Shown: one piece after another, positions 54,532 through 63,401 of the stretch
Layout: every line of letters begins with the position of its first letter
Position numbering within the stretch: the first letter of the stretch is position 1
From: Kiritimatiellia bacterium
GTDB lineage: Bacteria > Verrucomicrobiota > Kiritimatiellia > RFP12 > UBA1067
Direction of reading: 5' to 3'
NCBI GenBank assembly: GCA_018384485.1
Contig: JAHBAE010000064.1
Span: 2,015-66,014 of the forward strand
DNA: 64,000 nt
Notes under the pieces: generated by a model
Database searches by the model: none
What the model was told of the DNA's origin: nothing
Seen by the model: the letters and a program-made list of their open reading frames with translations, nothing else
Program-made: the position numbers and the translations under genes

Positions 54532-55227
54532 ATGGGACAGAAAGTCAATCCTATCGGCTTCCGTGTCGGCGTAAACCACGCCTGGGGCAGCCGTTGGTTC
54601 GCGCCTAAGAAAACGTTCAGCGCGTTCCTTATTGAGGATCAGAAGATCCGTGAGGTTTGCAAGAAGAAACTCGCAGAAGCGGGCATTTCTAGCATCCTCA
54701 TCGAGCGCTACGCCAGCAGCGTTCGCGTGACGCTCTTCACCGCCCGTCCGGGAGTCGTTCTCGGCCGCAAGGGCGATGATGTTGAAGCGATCCGCCTCAG
54801 CCTCGAGAAGATGACCAAGAAGGAAGTCTATCTTGATGTTAAGGAAGTTCAGGGCGCCGACGCCGATGCGCAGCTCGTCGCTGAGTCTATCGCTCAGCAG
54901 CTCGAGCGCCGCATCATGCTTAAGCGTGCGATGAAGCGCGCTCAGAAGGTCGCCATGGATATGGGTGTTGAAGGAATCAAGATTCACGCCGGCGGCCGTA
55001 TCAACGGCGCTGAAATCGCCCGCGTTGAGTGGTCCCGCGAGGGCAAGGTTCCGCTTCACACTCTCAGAGCGAATATTGATTACGGTTTTGCGGAAGCCAA
55101 CACCACTGCTGGAAAGATCGGCATCAAGGTTTGGATCTGCAAGAAGGAAGGTTTCCAGGTTAAGGCACCCCGCAACGAAGGTCGCGGCGGCCGTCGTGAG
55201 CGTGGAGACCGCAAGGAGAGGAGCTAA
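54532..55227 (+). CDS. rpsC: 30S ribosomal protein S3
   Basis: [23 protein letters not shown]; start moved to ATG 54532 (GGGAG upstream). Confidence 0.95.
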   Translation: MGQKVNPIGFRVGVNHAWGSRWFAPKKTFSAFLIEDQKIREVCKKKLAEAGISSILIERYASSVRVTLFTARPGVVLGRKGDDVEAIRLSLEKMTKKEVYLDVKEVQGADADAQLVAESIAQQLERRIMLKRAMKRAQKVAMDMGVEGIKIHAGGRINGAEIARVEWSREGKVPLHTLRANIDYGFAEANTTAGKIGIKVWICKKEGFQVKAPRNEGRGGRRERGDRKERS

Positions 55228-55230
55228 GTC

Positions 55231-55653
55231 ATGCCGCTGATGCCCAAAAGAGTAAAATTCCGCAAGGTTTCGAAGGGTAACCGCGCAGGTTACGCTACAT
55301 CCGGTGCGGAGCTCGCTTACGGCGAGTTCGGTCTCAAGGCGCTTACACGCGGTCTTCTCACGGCCACGCAGATTGAAGCTTGCCGCGTCGCGATCAACCG
55401 CGAAATGAAGCGTAAAGGTAAGCTTTGGATCCGCGTGTTCCCCGATAAGCCCGTCACCCGTAAGCCTATCGAAGTGCGTATGGGAGGAGGAAAGGGTAAC
55501 CCCGAATTCTGGGCTGCCGTCATTCTTCCCGGCAAGGTCCTTTTCGAGGTTGGCGGTGTCAGCGAGGAGGTCGCTAAGGAGTGCCTCCGTCTCGCCGCTA
55601 CCAAGATTGGCATTCACACGAAGTTTATCACCCGCGCAGGAGTCAAGATCTAA
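55231..55653 (+). CDS. rplP: 50S ribosomal protein L16
   Basis: [12 protein letters not shown]...; [12 protein letters not shown]. Confidence 0.95.
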   Translation: MPLMPKRVKFRKVSKGNRAGYATSGAELAYGEFGLKALTRGLLTATQIEACRVAINREMKRKGKLWIRVFPDKPVTRKPIEVRMGGGKGNPEFWAAVILPGKVLFEVGGVSEEVAKECLRLAATKIGIHTKFITRAGVKI

Positions 55654-55904
55654 TGAGCACGGAAAACACAAAACGCGGTGCCCGTAAGGCAAGGAAAGGC
55701 GTCGTCGTCTCCAAGTCCGGAGCGAAGACTGTCAAGGTCGCGGTTTCGTACCGCGAGCGCCATCCCGTGTACGGCAAGACCGTCACCCGCACCAAGAATT
55801 ACCACGTGCATGACGAAGCGGACACGGCAAAGGTCGGCGATGTCGTCGCCATAATGGAAACGCGTCCGCTCTCCGCGACAAAGCGTTGGCGGATCGTGAA
55901 GTAA
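55653..55904 (+). CDS. rpsQ: 30S ribosomal protein S17
   Basis: ATG 55653 overlaps the L16 stop (TAATG). KGVVVSKSGAKTVKVAV...YHVHDE...GDVVAIMETRPLSATKRW. Confidence 0.93.
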   Translation: MSTENTKRGARKARKGVVVSKSGAKTVKVAVSYRERHPVYGKTVTRTKNYHVHDEADTAKVGDVVAIMETRPLSATKRWRIVK

Positions 55905-55915
55905 GGAGTCAGGCC

Positions 55916-56281
55916 ATGTTGCAGGAACTGTCTAATCTCGTAGTTGCGGATAACACCGGCGCCAAGCGCGCCATGTGCTTCCGCATCCTGAAACAGCGCA
56001 AGGAATATGCGCACCTCGGCGACATCATCCGTGTCGCCATCAAGGAAGCGTCGCCCACTTCTTCAATCAAGAAGGGGTCCGTCGCTACGGCCGTCATCGT
56101 CCGCACCGGCAATCCTATTCGCCGCGCCGATGGCTCGACCGTCCACTTCGACCAGAATGCATGCGTTCTCGTCGACTCGAAGCTCAATCCTATCGGCACC
56201 CGCGTCTTCGGGCCGGTTGCTCGTGAGCTGCGCGACAGGAACTACATGAAGATCCTCTCGATGGCCCCGGAAGTGGTCTGA
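55916..56281 (+). CDS. rplN: 50S ribosomal protein L14
   Basis: MLQELSNLVVADNTGAK; start at ATG 55916 (AAGGAG upstream). Confidence 0.95.
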   Translation: MLQELSNLVVADNTGAKRAMCFRILKQRKEYAHLGDIIRVAIKEASPTSSIKKGSVATAVIVRTGNPIRRADGSTVHFDQNACVLVDSKLNPIGTRVFGPVARELRDRNYMKILSMAPEVV

Positions 56282-56298
56282 GGCAAAGGAGCTGAAAA

Positions 56299-56610
56299 AT
56301 GTCTATCGCAAGAATCAAAAAGAATGATACCGTAATCGTTACCTGCGGCGTTGACGCAGGTAAGACGGGCACGGTTCTCAAGGTAGACCCCAAGAAGGGG
56401 GTTGCTGTTGTCGGTAAGCTCAACATGCACACCAAGGCGATGCGTCGCACGGAGAAAACTCCCGGCGGTCTCGTCAAGATTGAGCTTCCGATCCGTCTTT
56501 CCAAGTTGATGCCCTATGATGCCGACAAGAAGTGCGGCACGCGCGTCAAGACTGGCGAGAAAGACGGAAAGAAGGCCCGCGTATCCGTCAAGAGCGGAAA
56601 GGCTCTCTAA
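56299..56610 (+). CDS. rplX: 50S ribosomal protein L24
   Basis: IKKNDTVIVTCGVDAGKTGTVLKV (KOW motif). Confidence 0.93.
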   Translation: MSIARIKKNDTVIVTCGVDAGKTGTVLKVDPKKGVAVVGKLNMHTKAMRRTEKTPGGLVKIELPIRLSKLMPYDADKKCGTRVKTGEKDGKKARVSVKSGKAL

Positions 56611-56627
56611 GGAAGGGAACATAAAAC

Positions 56628-57161
56628 ATGTCAAGACTCAAAGATGAATATGTGAGCCGCATGGTTCCCGAGCTGGAGAAGAAGCTCGGAACGACGAACA
56701 AGATGCTTGTTCCGCGTCTCCAGAAAATCGTCCTCAATATGGGTTTCGGCATCGTCTCTAAGGACGAGCAGAAGACTCTTGTCGACGATCTCACCGCCAT
56801 TACCGGCCAGAAGCCCATGCTTTGCCGCGCTAAGAAGTCCATCTCGAACTTCAAGCTCCGCGAAGGAATGGTAATTGGAGCTAAGGTTACTCTCCGCGGC
56901 GAGCGTATGTGGGAATTTACGGACAGGCTCATTTCTGCAGCCCTCCCCCGTATCCGCGACTTCCGCGGCGTTCCCAATCGCGGCTTCGACGGTGCAGGCA
57001 ACTACACCCTCGGCGTCAAGGAACATACAATCTTCCCCGAACTCATCGATTCTTCCGCCCATTCCGGGATGGATATCACGTTCGTGACGAGTTCGAAAGA
57101 CAACAAGGCTTGCAAGGAGCTTCTCGTCTCTCTCGGCATGCCGTTCGCAGGAAGGAACTAA
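56628..57161 (+). CDS. rplE: 50S ribosomal protein L5
   Basis: MSRLKDEY...VPRLQKIVLNMG...RGERMWEF. Confidence 0.95.
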   Translation: MSRLKDEYVSRMVPELEKKLGTTNKMLVPRLQKIVLNMGFGIVSKDEQKTLVDDLTAITGQKPMLCRAKKSISNFKLREGMVIGAKVTLRGERMWEFTDRLISAALPRIRDFRGVPNRGFDGAGNYTLGVKEHTIFPELIDSSAHSGMDITFVTSSKDNKACKELLVSLGMPFAGRN

Positions 57162-57164
57162 GCT

Positions 57165-57350
57165 ATGGCTAAACAGTGTCTTATCGAAAAGCAGAAGAGG
57201 ACGCCCAAGTTCAAGGTGCGCGCCTACAACCGCTGCCAGCGTTGCGGCCGCAGGCACGCGTATCTGCGTAAGTTTGGAGTTTGCCGTCTTTGCTTCCGCG
57301 AATTGGCTGTCGCCGGCTTGATCCCCGGTGTGACAAAGGCTTCGTGGTAA
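57165..57350 (+). CDS. rpsN: 30S ribosomal protein S14, short Zn-ribbon (type Z) form
   Basis: 61 aa with CQRCGR...CRLCFRE. Confidence 0.93.
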   Translation: MAKQCLIEKQKRTPKFKVRAYNRCQRCGRRHAYLRKFGVCRLCFRELAVAGLIPGVTKASW

Positions 57351-57372
57351 CGAAAGGAAAGGAATCGACAAA

Positions 57373-57765
57373 ATGACTATGGATCCCATTTCCGATATGC
57401 TCACGACGATCCGCAACGGTCTGAAGGCGCGCCTTTATTCCGTCGAGACCCCGGCGAGCAATCTCAAGGGCGAAATCGCCCGCGTCATGAAGGAAGCCGG
57501 TTACATTACCGACGCCGTCACGACAACGGAGTTCCCGAAGAAACTCGTGATTACGCTCAAGTACACCGCGAAGGCGAAACCCGCCATTACGGAGCTCAAG
57601 CGCATCTCGAAGCCCGGGCTTCGCCAGTATGTTAACACCGCTAAGATTCCCGCCGTTCTCGGTGGTATGGGTCTTGCAATCCTCTCCACCTCGCGCGGAG
57701 TTATGTCTGGCGTGCAGGCGAAGAAGGAGAAGCTCGGCGGCGAAGTCATTTGCACTGTTGCTTAA
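57373..57765 (+). CDS. rpsH: 30S ribosomal protein S8
   Basis: DPISDMLTTIRNG... Confidence 0.95.
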   Translation: MTMDPISDMLTTIRNGLKARLYSVETPASNLKGEIARVMKEAGYITDAVTTTEFPKKLVITLKYTAKAKPAITELKRISKPGLRQYVNTAKIPAVLGGMGLAILSTSRGVMSGVQAKKEKLGGEVICTVA

Positions 57766-57781
57766 TCAGGAGTGAAAGACA

Positions 57782-58318
57782 ATGTCTCGAATCGGTAAAG
57801 AACCAGTCAAACTCGCAGAAGGCGTAACAGCCGCCTTCGCGGGCCAGACGATTACGGTAAAGGGTGCGCTCGGGGAGCTCTCGCACACGATGCATGAAGG
57901 CATCTCTGCGGAGGTTAAAGAGGGCAACATCATCGTCTCCTGTGCTGACGACAAGGCTTTCGGAGCTTTTCACGGGTTGTCCCGTTCTCTGATCAACAAT
58001 ATGGTGATCGGCGTTTCCAAGGGCTTCCAGAAGCAGCTTTCAATCGAGGGAACCGGTTTCAAGGCCGTTCTCAAGGGTTCGGAGCTTTTGCTTTCGCTCG
58101 GTTTCGCATCTCCCAAGGTGTATGTCATTCCTGCTGGATTGACGGTCACCGTTGAGAACGACGGGCTTCAGGTTACGATTAAAGGCTGCGATAAGCAGAT
58201 GGTAGGCGAGGCTGCCGCCCGCATTCGTTCGTACTATCCTGCCGAACCCTACAAGGGCAAGGGCATCAAGTACGTCGGCGAGCACATCCGTCGCAAACAG
58301 GGCAAGAAGGTCGCCTAA
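57782..58318 (+). CDS. rplF: 50S ribosomal protein L6
   Basis: MSRIGKEPVKL...EPYKGKGIKY. Confidence 0.95.
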   Translation: MSRIGKEPVKLAEGVTAAFAGQTITVKGALGELSHTMHEGISAEVKEGNIIVSCADDKAFGAFHGLSRSLINNMVIGVSKGFQKQLSIEGTGFKAVLKGSELLLSLGFASPKVYVIPAGLTVTVENDGLQVTIKGCDKQMVGEAAARIRSYYPAEPYKGKGIKYVGEHIRRKQGKKVA

Positions 58319-58342
58319 TCGCGCCGTTAAGGAGAGCAACTT

Positions 58343-58702
58343 ATGTTCAATCGGAAGGTACAGCGTCAGAAGAGGCATCTTCGCCTCCGTCAGCGCATCA
58401 TCGGCACGGCGGCTCGTCCGCGCATGTCCATTTGCGTCACGAACAAGAATATCTACGTTCAGTTCATCGACGACGACGCAGGTAAAACTCTCGCCCAGGC
58501 CAACACACTCAAGGACGAGAAGATCAATATCGAAACGGCGAAGGCTCTCGGAGCCAAGGCTGCGGAAGCGGCCAAGAGCGCCGGCATTTCTCTCGTGGTC
58601 GTCGACCGCGGTGGAAACAAATACACCGGTCGCGTAGCAGCAGTCGTCGAGGCTGTTGTCGCCGGCGGCGTGGCTATCTCTGTCAAGAAGGAGGAGAACT
58701 AA
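58343..58702 (+). CDS. rplR: 50S ribosomal protein L18
   Basis: RLRQRIIGTAARPRMSICVTNKNIYVQFIDD. Confidence 0.94.
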   Translation: MFNRKVQRQKRHLRLRQRIIGTAARPRMSICVTNKNIYVQFIDDDAGKTLAQANTLKDEKINIETAKALGAKAAEAAKSAGISLVVVDRGGNKYTGRVAAVVEAVVAGGVAISVKKEEN

Positions 58703-58705
58703 GTC

Positions 58706-59194
58706 ATGGCATACAATCGTGACAAGCGTCAGGAACAGGAAGATACGCTCGACGAGCACACAGTCTTCGTAAACCGTTGCGCCAAGACCGTCAAGGGCGG
58801 TCGTCGCATGAGCTTTTCCGCCGTCATCGTGGTTGGTGACAAGGAAGGCCAGGTTGGCGTTGGTTTTGGCAAGGCTAACGAGGTTGCTGATGCAATCCGT
58901 AAGGGCGGTGAAGCCGCCCGCAAGTCGATGCACAAGATTGTCATGAAGGACACGACTATCCCGCACGAGGTTGAGGGCGTCTGCGACGGCGGCCGCATCA
59001 TCCTCAAGCCGGCTCCCGCTGGTACGGGCCTTATCGTCGGCGGCGGCATGCGCCCCGTCCTCGAGGCCGCGGGCATCCGTGATGCTGTCGGCAAGTCTCT
59101 CGGCTCCAAGAATCGTCTTAATGTGGTCAAGGCCACGCTCAATGCGCTTGCTAAGCTCCGCTCCGCGGAAGAGCTTGCTGCGATCAGGGCTTAA
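58706..59194 (+). CDS. rpsE: 30S ribosomal protein S5
   Basis: VNRCAKTVKGGRRMSFSAVIVVGD..GQVGVGFGKA. Confidence 0.95.
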   Translation: MAYNRDKRQEQEDTLDEHTVFVNRCAKTVKGGRRMSFSAVIVVGDKEGQVGVGFGKANEVADAIRKGGEAARKSMHKIVMKDTTIPHEVEGVCDGGRIILKPAPAGTGLIVGGGMRPVLEAAGIRDAVGKSLGSKNRLNVVKATLNALAKLRSAEELAAIRA

Positions 59195-59223
59195 TGTGGC
59201 AAGAAGCATCGGAAGGAGTTATC

Positions 59224-59664
59224 ATGGAACTGAGCAATCTTACCAATACACCTGGAGCGCGTGAGCGCCGTAAGCGTGTCGGCCGCGGCTGCGGCTCCGG
59301 CATGGGCAAGACTTCCTGCAAGGGCCAGAAGGGTCAGCAGAGCCGTAAGGGTCATAAGCACAAACTCGTGTTCGAAGGCGGTCAGATGCCTCTCGTTCGC
59401 CGTTTGCCGAAGCGTGGCTTTAACAATGCCGCCTTCAATGCCAAGGCTCTCGGCGTGAATCTCTCCTCGCTCGAGGCGAAGTTCGAGAATGGCGCAGAGA
59501 TTACCGTCTCCGCTCTTGCAAAGGCTGGCTTCAGCGACAACAAGCGTCCGAAAATCAAAATCCTCGGCGTCGGTGAAGTTACCAAGAAGTTCACGATCAA
59601 GGGCATTCCTTGCTCGGCCACCGCGAAGCAGAAAATCGAGGCGGCCGGCGGTTCTGTCGCTTGA
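59224..59664 (+). CDS. rplO: 50S ribosomal protein L15
   Basis: MELSNL...RKRVGRGCGSGMGKTSCKGQKGQ; start ATG 59224 (GGAAGGAG upstream). Confidence 0.94.
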   Translation: MELSNLTNTPGARERRKRVGRGCGSGMGKTSCKGQKGQQSRKGHKHKLVFEGGQMPLVRRLPKRGFNNAAFNAKALGVNLSSLEAKFENGAEITVSALAKAGFSDNKRPKIKILGVGEVTKKFTIKGIPCSATAKQKIEAAGGSVA

Positions 59665-59688
59665 GATTTATCTTCAGCATGAAAAGGT

Positions 59689-59723
59689 ATGCCGCATCCG
59701 AAAAGATGCGGCATTCTTTTTTT
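59689..59723 (+). terminator. Strong Rho-independent terminator ending the ribosomal protein cluster
   Basis: ATGCCGCATC-cgaaaa-GATGCGGCAT (perfect 10-bp stem), then TC and TTTTTTT. Confidence 0.85.
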
Positions 59724-59888
59724 GTTCGCTGGAGTTTACCCTTTTTTTTGAACGTGAAAGCGCATTTTATCCCGATAAATAAAAGTGAAGTGTATCTTGC
59801 GAAGTGTATTTTATGGTTTTACATTTATGAAAGGCTATCCGTAGCGTCATCTCCTGTCCTTACGATCCTTGACCGTGAAGAGCGGTTT

Positions 59889-59897
59889 TGATATATT
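59889..59897 (+). promoter_or_regulatory. Candidate extended -10 promoter TGATATATT for the glycine-rich protein gene
   Basis: It lies in an AT-rich 380-nt spacer. The 147-nt leader contains the hairpin GGGTGA...TCACCC. Confidence 0.4.
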
Positions 59898-60044
59898 ACT
59901 TCAGCATATGAGGAAAGGGTTCGGGCAATTGGACTTTGAATCGACCGTTGGCGTGGCCAATGGCCTGATGGGTGATAACTTTGGATTCACCCCCTCGCTG
60001 ATTTCACTCACATACCACAATATAACTCAAGAAAGGTCAATACC

Positions 60045-63000
60045 ATGAGCGCATGGCGTAAGGTCTGTTGTTGTCTCACAATGGTCGCGGGGCTTTCGTT
60101 TGGGGCGTCGGCGGCGCTGACGATCGGTACGACGGACGATCCGAAGGCGACAGAGGTTGACCTCGGCAACGACGTCTACCTGCTTGAGTTCAAGAACGGC
60201 AACGCGGAGCCGTGGACGTTCACGCCGATGGCTCCGGTGCGCGTCGAGAAGATGCTGGTCGTGGGCGGCGGCGGCTCGGGCGGCTGCGATTGCGGCGCGG
60301 GTGGCGGCGGCGGCGCGGTGCTGTACACGAACTACACCGAACTTGCCGAGGCGGACCGTCCGATGCTCAGTGAACCCGTGTCCATCCTCGTCGGCGCGGG
60401 CGGGATTGCGGCGACTAGCACGTCCAGAAGCGGCAAGCTTGGCGGAATGTCCGAGATCACGGTCGGCGGCGTGACCTTCTCCGCTTACGGCGGCGGTGGC
60501 GGCGGACATTGGAGCGGGCCCGGTTCGCTGGCCGCCGAAGAGGGAAAGATCGCGTCCGGCGGCGGCAAGGGCAACGGTGGTTTCGCCAATTTCCAGACGG
60601 ACGGCAAGGGTTATAATTCGCTTTACGGACACAAGGGCGGGACTAATTTCGATGCCTTGAATGCGGGTGGCGGCGGCGGCGCGGGCGGCGACGGAGAGGA
60701 CGGGGCGGATGCGCTTGGCGGCAAGGGCGGCATTGGTTTTTCGTGCGACATTACGGGGGAGCCGCATCTCTATGGTTCGGGTGGTTGCGCGGCGCGCGAG
60801 AATCCGAAGGAGCCCTACGAAGGCGGCGGCAGCCGTGCGGCGGGTTACAGCATGAACGGCACGGACGGGCTTGGCGGCGGCGGCTCGGGCAGTTACTCGA
60901 GCACGAGCAGCAGTGGTGCGGGTGGCTGCGGTACGGTCATTCTCGTCGTCAAGTACATCGGTGACGGCAAGATCCATGCGGAGATCGATAAGGTGTTTTC
61001 GGCATATGACGGGGCCTCGCATACCAATACGCTGACGGTTTACTCGCGCGGCGTGACAGTGAAATGGGCTCTTGCGGAGGACGGGCCGTTCGACCTTGAT
61101 GAGCAGCCGGGCTTCACCGAGATCGGTATCCATTCCTGCTGGTGCCGGCTGACGGCATCGGACTGCGAACCGGTGGTCCTGAAGGGCATGGTGTACATCC
61201 GCGGCGATGCGGAGCCCTTGAGCGTTGGCGTCGCGGACGATCCGGGAGTGGTGCAGTATTCCTTTGGAGATGGCCATTATGTGCTCGGATTCACCAATTT
61301 TGAAATGGCGGCGATTTCCGTTTCGCCTCTCTCCTGCCTGCGTATTGAGCGGATGCTGGTCGTGGGGGGCGGCGGTTCGGGCGGCAACAACTGCGGTGGC
61401 GGCGGCGGTGGTGGCGGCGTGATCTGGCAGGACTACCGCTCGTTGCCCGAGGCGGAGCGTCCGACGATCACCAATGAATTTGGCGTGACAATCGGGCGCG
61501 GCGGCAGTTCCGCGCTGAAGCAGGGGGTCGGGCAGAACGGCAATCCGACGACGCTTACCGTCGAAGGCGTGTCGACCTCGGCCTGGGGCGGTGGAGGCGG
61601 CGGCTCGTTCACGACGGTTCCCGCGGTTGCCGCGGTCACGGGTCAGATTGGCTCGGGCGGTGGCGCGAGCTTTAAGGGCGGCGGCAGTATGGGCATTGAC
61701 GGCATAGGCTACAATTCGAAGCAAGGTAAGATGGGTGGCGCGATGAACGGTGCCCAGGGTGCGGGCGGTGGTGGCGCGGGATCTGTCGGCGGCGCTGCTT
61801 CGGCGACGGCTGCGGGACGTGGCGGCGATGGCTTTGCATGCAAAATCACGGGCGAAACGCATCTTTACGGTTCAGGCGGCGGTGGCGGCAACGGAACGAT
61901 TCCTGATCCGCCGGAAGGCGGCGGGCGCGGCGGAAACGGTTCGATCGCCGTGACCGGCGGCACGGACGGTCTGGGTGGCGGTGGCGGTGGCTCGAAGGGC
62001 GGAACGGGCGACTGGCCGTCCGGTTCGGGCGGTGCGGGCTGCGTCTACCTGCATGTCACCGCGATTGAGAATCCTTATGTCAGTGCGGTCCTGTCCGACT
62101 GCTGGGGCTCCACGGCCGGCGAGGCGCATTCAAACGAACTGATCGTCGCGACGGCGGGGGTGACGACGAAGTGGTCTCTGACGGGCGCGGAGGGTCCGTT
62201 CGACCTCGACGTGCAGCCGAGCTTTGCGACGCCGGGTATTTACACCAACTGGTGCGAGCTGACGGCCGCCGGCAAGGAGACGCTGGTCCTACGGGGCATC
62301 GTCGGACTTCGCGCGGCGGACGGCGACTATTATGTCGCGGCGGACGGCGATGACAAGACCGGGCTTGGTACGGCGGACCGTCCGTTCGCGACGCCGGAAA
62401 AGGCGCTGGCGAATGTCCGCGACGGTTATGGGGTCCGAATCGGCGCGGGCAAGTACAAGACGTTCGGTCTTGTCCTTGACCGCGCCGTTGCGCTGGTCGG
62501 TGACGAGTCGGATCCGTCGCGCGTCGTGCTAGATGCGGGGCAGCTTGGTCGGACGCTGAAGATTGCCGACGAAGCGGTGCGCGTCAGCGGCGTGACGATA
62601 AAGGGCGGATTCGCGTCCAGCGGCGCAAACGTCTATATGACGGCCGGCGTCGTCTCGAACTGCGTGCTGACTGGCGGCAACGGATCCGACAATGGCGGCA
62701 ACGCCTATGTCGGCGGCGGACAGATCGTCGATTCGCAGATCTTGAACGGCTCGGCGCGTCGCGGCGGCGGTGCGGCGGTGTCTGGCCGCGGCCGGATTTT
62801 GCGCTGTCTCTTCAAGGGCAACAGCGTCACCGATTCCGGCGGCGGCGTGTCAATAAACGGCAACGGCGTGGTGGAGAACTCCCTCTTCACTGGCAACAGC
62901 GGAAGGTACGGCAGCGGTGTGCAGTTGGATTCGATGGACGCCTGGCTGGTCAACTGCACGGTTGCCGGCAATGCGGCAGGATATGGTAGCGCTTCCCAAG

Positions 63001-63356
63001 TCTGGAACGAGACTAATGGCGGCAATGCGCTCAACTGCGTTGTGCTTGGCGGCTATTACATCAAGAAGGGTACGATCTCGTACTGTGCGCTTGATCTGAC
63101 GCCCAGGGAGGAGACCACGGGCACGAAGTTCTACGATCACAACGTTACCGTCGATTCGAGCATCTTCGAGGACACGACGGCCTATCGTCCGAAGAAGGGC
63201 ACTGATCTTCAGGGCAAGGGGTCCAACCTGGGCTATTCCGCGCATGCGGTCTCAACAACCGACTACGAGGGCAGTCCGCGTCGGCAGGGAGCTCGCATCG
63301 ACATCGGCCACATCGAGCTGCCGCCGAAGGACGGCACGCTACTGTTCGTCAGGTAA
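60045..63356 (+). CDS. Secreted 1103-aa protein: 2 tandem poly-glycine modules + C-terminal right-handed parallel beta-helix
   Basis: Sec signal MSAWRKVCCCLTMVAGLSFGASA|A and SD-like GAAAGG upstream. The frame stays open through GGC-rich sequence. The C-terminus has DYYVAADGDD..RPFATPEKAL plus PbH1-like turns (VSNCVLTGGNG, IVDSQILNGSA, ILRCLFKGNS, VENSLFTGNSG, LVNCTVAGNAA). Confidence 0.8.
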   Translation: MSAWRKVCCCLTMVAGLSFGASAALTIGTTDDPKATEVDLGNDVYLLEFKNGNAEPWTFTPMAPVRVEKMLVVGGGGSGGCDCGAGGGGGAVLYTNYTELAEADRPMLSEPVSILVGAGGIAATSTSRSGKLGGMSEITVGGVTFSAYGGGGGGHWSGPGSLAAEEGKIASGGGKGNGGFANFQTDGKGYNSLYGHKGGTNFDALNAGGGGGAGGDGEDGADALGGKGGIGFSCDITGEPHLYGSGGCAARENPKEPYEGGGSRAAGYSMNGTDGLGGGGSGSYSSTSSSGAGGCGTVILVVKYIGDGKIHAEIDKVFSAYDGASHTNTLTVYSRGVTVKWALAEDGPFDLDEQPGFTEIGIHSCWCRLTASDCEPVVLKGMVYIRGDAEPLSVGVADDPGVVQYSFGDGHYVLGFTNFEMAAISVSPLSCLRIERMLVVGGGGSGGNNCGGGGGGGGVIWQDYRSLPEAERPTITNEFGVTIGRGGSSALKQGVGQNGNPTTLTVEGVSTSAWGGGGGGSFTTVPAVAAVTGQIGSGGGASFKGGGSMGIDGIGYNSKQGKMGGAMNGAQGAGGGGAGSVGGAASATAAGRGGDGFACKITGETHLYGSGGGGGNGTIPDPPEGGGRGGNGSIAVTGGTDGLGGGGGGSKGGTGDWPSGSGGAGCVYLHVTAIENPYVSAVLSDCWGSTAGEAHSNELIVATAGVTTKWSLTGAEGPFDLDVQPSFATPGIYTNWCELTAAGKETLVLRGIVGLRAADGDYYVAADGDDKTGLGTADRPFATPEKALANVRDGYGVRIGAGKYKTFGLVLDRAVALVGDESDPSRVVLDAGQLGRTLKIADEAVRVSGVTIKGGFASSGANVYMTAGVVSNCVLTGGNGSDNGGNAYVGGGQIVDSQILNGSARRGGGAAVSGRGRILRCLFKGNSVTDSGGGVSINGNGVVENSLFTGNSGRYGSGVQLDSMDAWLVNCTVAGNAAGYGSASQVWNETNGGNALNCVVLGGYYIKKGTISYCALDLTPREETTGTKFYDHNVTVDSSIFEDTTAYRPKKGTDLQGKGSNLGYSAHAVSTTDYEGSPRRQGARIDIGHIELPPKDGTLLFVR
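60117..62312 (+). repeat. Intragenic tandem duplication: two ~365-codon modules (60117-61208 and 61218-62312)
   Basis: The same ordered motifs recur ~367 aa apart: MLVVGGGGSGG (aa 70/437), HLYGSGG (241/606), GTDGLGGGG (272/639) and GPFDLD (347/717). Confidence 0.85.
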
Positions 63357-63385
63357 TGTGGCGGGCGGGCAACAGCCCGGCATTT

Positions 63386-63394
63386 TGGTATAAT
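63386..63394 (+). promoter_or_regulatory. Extended -10 promoter TGGTATAAT (leaderless GH78-like mRNA)
   Basis: The -10 ends 7 nt before ATG 63402; there is no SD. Confidence 0.5.
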
Positions 63395-63401
63395 ATCGGC
63401 T

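Noticed and set aside
6207-59209. Many long - strand ORFs (for example 6207-7094, 7524-8519, 8672-10078, 10120-11286, 24980-26308, 49435-50862, 51452-52375, 53667-54548, 54523-55692, 56631-57416 and 58040-59209)
   Set aside because: Each lies fully inside a + strand gene with unmistakable conserved motifs (rhaA, uxuA, pgk, ribosomal proteins and others). Their translations are low-complexity and Arg-rich. They are shadow ORFs caused by codon bias.
59910-60044. GAGGAAAGGGTTCGGGCA and GGACTTTGAATCGACC in the leader of the glycine-rich gene, which superficially recall the RNase P RNA (GAGGAAAGUCCGGGC) and tmRNA 5' motifs
   Set aside because: Only about 135 nt are available before the CDS. The strings are inexact, and none of the other universal RNase P or tmRNA elements (T-loop-like 3' end, P4 partner, resume codon) is present.
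60027-61862. 611-aa ORF on the - strand, antisense to the glycine-rich gene
   Set aside because: It translates to Arg/Ala/Thr low-complexity sequence, which is simply the complement of GGC/GGT Gly codons. It has no start context or SD, and the + strand frame has a signal peptide, ordered motifs and a folded C-terminal domain.
60260-62050. Dense GGC/GGT-rich repeats that might be taken for a microsatellite or CRISPR-like array
   Set aside because: There are no regularly spaced identical repeats with unique spacers. The longest pure (GGC)n run I saw is about 4 units. The periodicity is codon-level Gly runs inside one open reading frame.
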